A stretch of 64,000 bases of DNA from Alphaproteobacteria bacterium (GTDB taxonomy: Bacteria > Pseudomonadota > Alphaproteobacteria > UBA828). This document shows positions 58,233 to 64,000 of this stretch, piece by piece. Position 1 is the first letter of the stretch; every line of letters starts with the position of its first letter. Below the pieces are notes generated by a model. The model was given only the letters and a program-made list of their open reading frames with translations, was not told the DNA's origin and made no database searches. Where the stretch lies: contig CBDCRW010000004.1 in the NCBI GenBank assembly GCA_965221125.1, positions 416,001 to 480,000 on the forward strand, read 5' to 3'. The position numbers were made by a program, and so were the translations under genes.

Positions 58233-59930
58233 TCAGTCGAGGTGGGAGGTTTCGATTCTCTCGTATGCGGCGAGCGGGCGGAAGAAGCGCTGCCCCTTGC
58301 TCTCGCCGGGCCTGGGCGGCCCCGGCGCCGCCAGCTCCTGCGCGGCGAAGAGGCGGGCGACAACGGCCTTGCGCGCATCGCCGGCGCCCCAGTCGGCGGC
58401 CGCCTCCTCGATCAGAAGGGCCGCGGCAAGCCCTCTCGCCATGCGGTCCATCAGCCGGTACGCCTGGCGCGGCCCCTCGGCTTCGTCCTCCTGAATGAGC
58501 GCCGTCAGCGCAGCCACCTCCCGCCGGGCCTGAAAGACGAGCGCCCGCGCCCGCACGAGGGCGGAGTGATTGGCGGCAAGGGGCATGTTGAGAATGGCGT
58601 CGAGCCTGGCGTGGAAGGCCGCGAGCCCCGGCGACTCCGCGCCTGCGAGGCGCAGCACCTCCAGCGCCTGGATGTTGGGCGGGCCTTCCCACACGGTGAG
58701 CACCTGGGCATCGCGGTAGAGCCTGGCCGTGGGGTATTCCTCGGTGTAGCCGTTGCCCCCCAGGATCTCGATGGCGCGGCTGGTCGCGGTGATCGCCCAT
58801 GCCGCCGTCAGGTACTTGGCGAGCGCGGTGACGAGCCGCATCCAGGGCTGCTCCTCTGGTGCGCTCTGCGCCGCGTCGAACGCGCGGGCCGCGGCGAAGG
58901 CCAGCGCCACGCTCGCCTCCAGGCGCACCTGCATCTCGACGAGCTGATCCTGCACCATGGGATAGGCGGCGAGGCGATTGCCGAAGGCCTGGCGCGTCTC
59001 GGCATGGGCGAGCGATTCGGCGAAGGCACGGCGCTGTATGCCGGCCGACGCCATCGCGTTGTGGATGCGGCTGTAGCCGAGCGCCGCCATCATCGTCCTG
59101 AGACCGTCCGGCGGCGGCGTCACCTCCACCGCGTGGGCGCCCTCCAGCTCGATCTCTCCGGTCGCGAGCCCGCGCGTGCCGAGCTTCTCCTTCAGCCGCC
59201 TGATCCGGTAGCGGTTGGGCCCGCCGTCGGGACTGCGCGCCGGCACCAGGTAGAGGCCGAGCCCGGCGCCGCCACCGGCCGCCCCCTCGGGCCGGGCGAG
59301 GGTGAGCGCCAGCCCGCCGTCCACGTTGCTGGCGAACCACTTGAGACCGCTGAGCACGATGCCTTCGTTGGTGCGCCGCGCAACGGTCTCTGTGGCGCCG
59401 ACGTCGCTGCCGCCCAGCTTCTCCGTGACCCAGGTGCCGCCGGTCGCCGCGCTGCCGTCCATGCGCACGAGGGCCGGCAGGTGGTCATCCCGCACCTCCT
59501 CCGGCGCGAAGCGGTCGAGCACGTGGGCGACCGCGCCGGTGAGCGTCACCGGGCAGTGGACCGAGATGTCGGACTGGGCGAGCAGGTAGCCCATCGCGAA
59601 GGTGAGCGTGAAGGGGCGGGGCTCAGGGCCATAGTTGAGGCCGACGATGCCGCGCTCGTAGACCTCGCGGTGAACTGCGGCATAGAGCGGGTTGTGGCGG
59701 ACGACCGAGCGCGGGCGCCCGCCCTCGTCCAGGGTTTCGAGAACCGGCGGGGCGAAGCGGTTGGTGTAGTCGGCCTGCTCGTCGACGGCGCTCACCACCC
59801 AGCCGCCGAAGCTGCTCAGCCGCTCGGCATCGTCCTCGCTGAGCCAGGACGCGCTGCGGCCCAGCAGAGCCTGGAGGTTCCGGTCGCTCCGGTAGGCGTT
59901 ACCTCGAAGTCCGCCGTTCCCGTCCGCCAT
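58233..59930 (-). CDS. AidB-like acyl-CoA dehydrogenase
   Basis: CPVTLT, TEKLGGSDV, GLKWFAS, RLKEKLGTRGLATGEIE, GGNGYTEE, VWEGPPNI. Confidence 0.88.
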   Translation of the reverse strand: MADGNGGLRGNAYRSDRNLQALLGRSASWLSEDDAERLSSFGGWVVSAVDEQADYTNRFAPPVLETLDEGGRPRSVVRHNPLYAAVHREVYERGIVGLNYGPEPRPFTLTFAMGYLLAQSDISVHCPVTLTGAVAHVLDRFAPEEVRDDHLPALVRMDGSAATGGTWVTEKLGGSDVGATETVARRTNEGIVLSGLKWFASNVDGGLALTLARPEGAAGGGAGLGLYLVPARSPDGGPNRYRIRRLKEKLGTRGLATGEIELEGAHAVEVTPPPDGLRTMMAALGYSRIHNAMASAGIQRRAFAESLAHAETRQAFGNRLAAYPMVQDQLVEMQVRLEASVALAFAAARAFDAAQSAPEEQPWMRLVTALAKYLTAAWAITATSRAIEILGGNGYTEEYPTARLYRDAQVLTVWEGPPNIQALEVLRLAGAESPGLAAFHARLDAILNMPLAANHSALVRARALVFQARREVAALTALIQEDEAEGPRQAYRLMDRMARGLAAALLIEEAAADWGAGDARKAVVARLFAAQELAAPGPPRPGESKGQRFFRPLAAYERIETSHLD

Positions 59931-60047
59931 GGGGGTGCGACCTTTTGCGACGCAGGCGGTGCCTGCGGGGTATAGTCTCCCATAGTATCCCTATTGGCCA
60001 TGCACCGGGCGACATAAGCGATGCCCGTGCGCGGTATGAGGCGGGCG

Positions 60048-60821
60048 ATGGCGAGACTGGCTGGCAAGGTGGCGATCGTGACCGGGGCGACCAGCGGGCT
60101 CGGCGCCGCAGCGGCGGTGCGCATGGCCGAGGAAGGCGCGGCCGTGCTGGTGACGGGGCGCGACGAAGGCCGCGGCCAGGCTGTCGCCCAAGCCATCACC
60201 GCGGCGGGAGGCACGGCGCGGTTCCGCCCCCTCGACGTGACGGACGAGGCTGCCTGGCAGGAGACGGTGGACGGCGTGGAGGCGGAGCACGGGCGCCTCG
60301 ACATCCTCTTCAACAACGCCGGGGCTACCCGGGCCGAGCCCATCGCTGACGTCACGCTGGAGACCTGGCGGCGGATCATGGCGGTCAACGCGGACGGCGT
60401 CTTTCTCGGCACCAAGGCCGCGATTCTCGCCATGCGGCGCTCCGGCGGCGGCTCCATCATCAACATGTCGTCGGTGCTCGGCATCGTCGGCACGGCGCAT
60501 CTCGCCGCCTACACGGCGTCGAAGGGCGCGGTCCGCTACTTCACCAAGTGCGTGGCGCTGGAATGCGCGCGCGACGGCAGCGGCATCCGCGTCAACTCGA
60601 TCCACCCCGCCTTCATCCACACGCCGATGATGGACGAGACGGCGATCCGCATGTTCGGCGACGCAGAAGCGGGACCGGCGGAGTTCGGCAAGCTGCACCC
60701 GGTGGGCCACGTCGGCGAGCCCGACGACGTCGCCAACGGCGTGGTCTATCTGGCCTCGGACGAGGCGAAGTTCGTCACCGGCACCGAGCTGGTGATCGAC
60801 GGCGGCTACACGGCGGAATAG
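60048..60821 (+). CDS. Short-chain dehydrogenase/reductase
   Basis: TGATSGLG, NNAG, YTASK, IRVNSIHP, DGGY. Confidence 0.93.
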   Translation: MARLAGKVAIVTGATSGLGAAAAVRMAEEGAAVLVTGRDEGRGQAVAQAITAAGGTARFRPLDVTDEAAWQETVDGVEAEHGRLDILFNNAGATRAEPIADVTLETWRRIMAVNADGVFLGTKAAILAMRRSGGGSIINMSSVLGIVGTAHLAAYTASKGAVRYFTKCVALECARDGSGIRVNSIHPAFIHTPMMDETAIRMFGDAEAGPAEFGKLHPVGHVGEPDDVANGVVYLASDEAKFVTGTELVIDGGYTAE

Positions 60822-60856
60822 GTGCAGCTACGCGCCGCCCGTCGGGGAGAGCGATC

Positions 60857-61639
60857 ATGGCAGACGACTTCAAGGTGTACTGGCAGCCGGGATGCTCGAG
60901 CTGCCTCCGGGCCAAGGAGTTCCTGGCCAAGCGCGGGATCGGCTACGAATCGATCAACGTCCGCGCGAGGCCGGAGGCGATGGAGGAGCTCGCCGGCCTC
61001 GGCGCCCGGTCGGTGCCGGTGGTGGCGCTGGGGAAGCGCTTCGTCTTCGCCCAGGATTTAGGGGATCTCGCGCGCTTCATCGGCGTCGAGCTGGACCGGA
61101 CGCCGTTGCCGCCGGCGGAGCTGGTGCGGAAGATCGACCTGGTCCTCGCCGCGACCCAGCGCTACCTCGGCCAGTTCCCCGTCGCCGACCTGGAAGAGGG
61201 GCTGCCCGGCCGCGAGCGCACCATCCTCGATCTCGGCTACCACATCTTCGTGATCCCCGCCGCATTCCTCGACGCCGCCCACGGCGCCCGGCTCACCTTC
61301 GACTATTTCGAGCGCACGCCCGGCCCCGACATGCGGAGCGCAGCCCAGGTGGCCGCCTACGGCCAGACCGTGCGCGAGGCGCTTGAGTCATGGTGGCGCG
61401 GGGCGGACGCAGGGCGCCTCGGCACGCTCGACACCTACTACGGCATCCACCCGGCGGAGAGCGTGTTGGAGCGGACGGCGTGGCACGCCGCCCAGCACGC
61501 TCGTCAGCTCATGGCGCTCCTGGAGCAGCGCGGCATCGCGCCGGACGGCGCCCTGGGCGACGACGAGCTGGACGGCCTGCCGCTGCCGGAAGAGATCTAC
61601 GACGACGAGGTGAAGCTCGGGGCCGGCGCCGGCGCCTGA
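60857..61639 (+). CDS. Glutaredoxin (NrdH-like) domain fused to a DinB-like domain
   Basis: YWQPGCSSC and RSVPVV at the N-terminus; LGYH and RTAWHAAQHARQL in the C-terminal part. Confidence 0.78.
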   Translation: MADDFKVYWQPGCSSCLRAKEFLAKRGIGYESINVRARPEAMEELAGLGARSVPVVALGKRFVFAQDLGDLARFIGVELDRTPLPPAELVRKIDLVLAATQRYLGQFPVADLEEGLPGRERTILDLGYHIFVIPAAFLDAAHGARLTFDYFERTPGPDMRSAAQVAAYGQTVREALESWWRGADAGRLGTLDTYYGIHPAESVLERTAWHAAQHARQLMALLEQRGIAPDGALGDDELDGLPLPEEIYDDEVKLGAGAGA

Positions 61640-61666
61640 TCCGGGCGCGAAAGCGGACTCCGCCGG

Positions 61667-62269
61667 CTACCAGCCGCCGGTTTCGAGCCAGCGCTCGACC
61701 ATGTCCAGCCGGTCGTGGCCCCAGAACATCTCGTCGCCGACGAAGACCGTGGGCGAGCCGAAGACGCCGCGCTCGATCGCCGCATCGTTCTCGGCGCGCA
61801 GGCGGTCCTTCACCGCCTGATCCTGCACCGCCGCCACCAGCGCGTCGCCGTCGACGCCGAGCGTGCTCGCGGCCTCGACCACCGTCTCCGGCTGGCTCAG
61901 GTCGCGGTTGTCCACGAAGTAGCCGCGATAGAGCGCGAGCGCGAAGTCGTGCGCGGTGCCGGGGTCGCCATCCGCCAGCCAGTAGTAGGCGCGGCAGGCG
62001 GCGATGCTGTTGACCGGGAAGTTGTCGGGCACGTTGAAGGCGATGCCGTGGAGGCGCGCCGAGCGCAGCATGTCGTGGCGCGAATACGGCCCCTTCAGGG
62101 GTTGGTTCACCAGCGGGCTGCCGCCGATCTTCTGGAAGACGGCGCCGAGCAGCATCGGCCGCCATGTCGCCGTGCGCCCGTGCTTCGCCGCAAGGGCGTC
62201 GATGCGCTCGGCCGCAAGGTAGCCGTAGGGCGATGAGAAATCGAAGTAGAAGTCGAGGCTGTCGCTCAT
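61667..62269 (-). CDS. 2-hydroxychromene-2-carboxylate isomerase / kappa-GST (DsbA family)
   Basis: FYFDFSSPYGY, GVFGSPT, FWGHDRL. Confidence 0.9.
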   Translation of the reverse strand: MSDSLDFYFDFSSPYGYLAAERIDALAAKHGRTATWRPMLLGAVFQKIGGSPLVNQPLKGPYSRHDMLRSARLHGIAFNVPDNFPVNSIAACRAYYWLADGDPGTAHDFALALYRGYFVDNRDLSQPETVVEAASTLGVDGDALVAAVQDQAVKDRLRAENDAAIERGVFGSPTVFVGDEMFWGHDRLDMVERWLETGGW

Positions 62270-62275
62270 GGCCGC

Positions 62276-63427
62276 TTACTCCCGCGCGAGCGCCCGGCTG
62301 ATGACCAGCCGCTGGACGTCGCTCGTGCCCTCGTAGATCGTGCAGACGCGCTGGTCCCGGTAGATGCGCTCGACCGGGAAATCGCTCAGGTAGCCGTAGC
62401 CGCCGAGGGTCTGAATCGCCTTGGAGCAAACCCGCTCGGCGGTCTCGGAGGCGAAGAGCTTGGCCATCGAGGCTTTCTTCAGGCAGGGCTCGCCGGCATC
62501 GCGGAGCTGCGCCGCCTGCAGCGTGAGCAGCCGCGCCGCCTCGATCTCTGTCGCCATGTCGGCGAGCCGAAAACCCACCGCCTGATGCTCGATCAGCGGC
62601 TTGCCGAAGCTCGTGCGCTCCCTGGCGTAGGCGAGCGCGGCCTCGTAAGCCGAGCGCATGGCCCCGGTGGCCTGGGCGGCGACGCCGATGCGCCCGCCTT
62701 CGAGATTGCCGAGGGCGATGGCGTAGCCCTGCCCCGGCTCGCCCAGCATGAGGTCGGGCGTAAGCCGCACGTCCTCGAAGACGATCTGGCAGGTGTCGTG
62801 CGCCCGCTGGCCCATCTTGGTCTCGTGGCTCGCGACCGTGTAGCCCTCAGCGTCGGTCGGCACGAGGAAGCAGCTGATCCCCTTCTTGCCCGCGTCCGGG
62901 TCGGTCACGGCGAAGACCATGGCGAGGTCCGCCTTCGAGCCGCTGGAGACGAACTGCTTGGTGCCGCTCAGGCGGTAGCCGTTGCCGTCCGCCACCGCAC
63001 GGGTCCGCAGGTTGGACGCGTCCGAGCCCGCCTGCGGCTCGGTGAGGCAGAAGCAGCCCAGCATGTCGCCCCGCGCGAGCGGGCGGAGGAAGCGCTCCTT
63101 CTGCGCCTCGGAGCCGCCCCTGAGAATGCCAGCGCAGACGAGCGAGTTGTTGACGCTCATCGCCGTGGACGTGCCGACGTCGCCGGCCGCGATCTCCTCC
63201 ATGGCGAGCGCGTAGGCCACGTGGTCGGCGCCGGCGCCGTCCCATTCCGGCGGCACCAGCATCCCCATCAGCCCGAGCCGGCCCATGCGGGGCAGGATGT
63301 CGTCCGGGAAGCCGCCGTTCAGGTCCCACGTGCCGGCATGGGGCGCGAGCTCGTTCGCGGCGAAGTCGCGCGCCATGTCGCGGATCATGCGCTGCTCGTC
63401 GGAGAGGAAGATGCCGTTCGCTGCCAT
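62276..63427 (-). CDS. Short/branched-chain acyl-CoA dehydrogenase
   Basis: FCLTEPQAGSD, GTKQF, LEGGRIGVAAQ, GGYGYLSDFPVERIYRD, IYEGTSDVQR. Confidence 0.93.
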   Translation of the reverse strand: MAANGIFLSDEQRMIRDMARDFAANELAPHAGTWDLNGGFPDDILPRMGRLGLMGMLVPPEWDGAGADHVAYALAMEEIAAGDVGTSTAMSVNNSLVCAGILRGGSEAQKERFLRPLARGDMLGCFCLTEPQAGSDASNLRTRAVADGNGYRLSGTKQFVSSGSKADLAMVFAVTDPDAGKKGISCFLVPTDAEGYTVASHETKMGQRAHDTCQIVFEDVRLTPDLMLGEPGQGYAIALGNLEGGRIGVAAQATGAMRSAYEAALAYARERTSFGKPLIEHQAVGFRLADMATEIEAARLLTLQAAQLRDAGEPCLKKASMAKLFASETAERVCSKAIQTLGGYGYLSDFPVERIYRDQRVCTIYEGTSDVQRLVISRALARE

Positions 63428-63438
63428 GGCCTTGGCCC

Positions 63439-64000
63439 TCAGAGCCGCTCGTAGGCGGCGTCCACCGGCGTACACGCGACGCCGTTGATGGGGAGGATGT
63501 CCTGCGGGCAGCAGGAGAACGCGAGCACGATATCCATCTCCGCCCGCAGCACCACGTGATCGCCGGGGCTGGCGACGCCCGCCTCGAATGAGACCGAGCC
63601 GTTCGCGCCCACGGGGATGTTCATCCACATGTTCCAGGGTGAGGGCGTCTTCGGCGCCCTGAGGCCGAGGTCGCCAAGCGCGTCGTGTAGGTTGTCCTCG
63701 CAGTTGTCGTGGTCGTCGCCCGCGCCGAGCAGGATGTAGCGCCAGCGGTCGCAGGCGGCGATCAGCGTGTCGTGGATGCCGGGCGAGGTGTCCTCGACGA
63801 GGGTGAGGATGGGGCGCCGCTTGCCCGTGACCATGGTGTCGCCGGGTTTGGGGAAGATCCCGCCGATGGCGACGCGGGAGTGCTCCATCGACATGCACTC
63901 GGCCATGTCGTCGGCGTTGAAGGCCCAGGTGTCGACCACCTGGGTGCCGTGGGTGTTGATGAGCCTGAGCGACTCGCCCGCGCCGAGCCGCACCGCCCGG
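63439..64000 (-). CDS. DUF1989 / urea carboxylase-associated family protein (5' end outside window)
   Basis: GTQVVDTWAF, HDTLIAACD, NCEDNL, NMWMNIP, FSCCPQD. Confidence 0.85.
   Translation of the reverse strand, partial: RAVRLGAGESLRLINTHGTQVVDTWAFNADDMAECMSMEHSRVAIGGIFPKPGDTMVTGKRRPILTLVEDTSPGIHDTLIAACDRWRYILLGAGDDHDNCEDNLHDALGDLGLRAPKTPSPWNMWMNIPVGANGSVSFEAGVASPGDHVVLRAEMDIVLAFSCCPQDILPINGVACTPVDAAYERL

Overview
GC-rich chromosomal window, most likely from an alphaproteobacterium (inferred from the msbA-DUF374-waaA-lpxK-lpxL and cysK-alaX-sseA gene orders). Housekeeping and catabolic genes fill 1-28394 and 56874-64000. Between them is a ~28.3-kb integrated element (28407-56729) bounded by a 12-bp direct repeat, CTACACGGAAAC. 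Removing the element rebuilds a perfect 13-bp-arm palindrome that overlaps the stop codon of a DUF2244 gene, so the target is a palindrome rather than a tRNA. The element encodes two tandem tyrosine integrases with full catalytic motifs, an 1825-aa MOBF (TrwC-like) relaxase-helicase with a repeated C-terminal extension, three tandem ribbon-helix-helix genes beside a candidate oriT, and a complete type I-E CRISPR-Cas system (17 repeats, 16 spacers). It also carries a lipoprotein gene with a structured 5' leader, a four-repeat Cys4 protein, a PD-(D/E)xK-like protein and two frameshifted regulators. No coupling protein or T4SS is visible, so it looks mobilizable rather than self-conjugative. The lipoprotein gene is split by an IS1111-type IS110 element whose downstream non-coding region contains segments matching both its target and its own donor junction (candidate bridge/seek RNA). 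Outside the island, an MIO-less HAL-fold lyase and an OprI-like lipoprotein next to an L,D-transpeptidase stand out. All calls were made by eye from the sequence; no searches were run.
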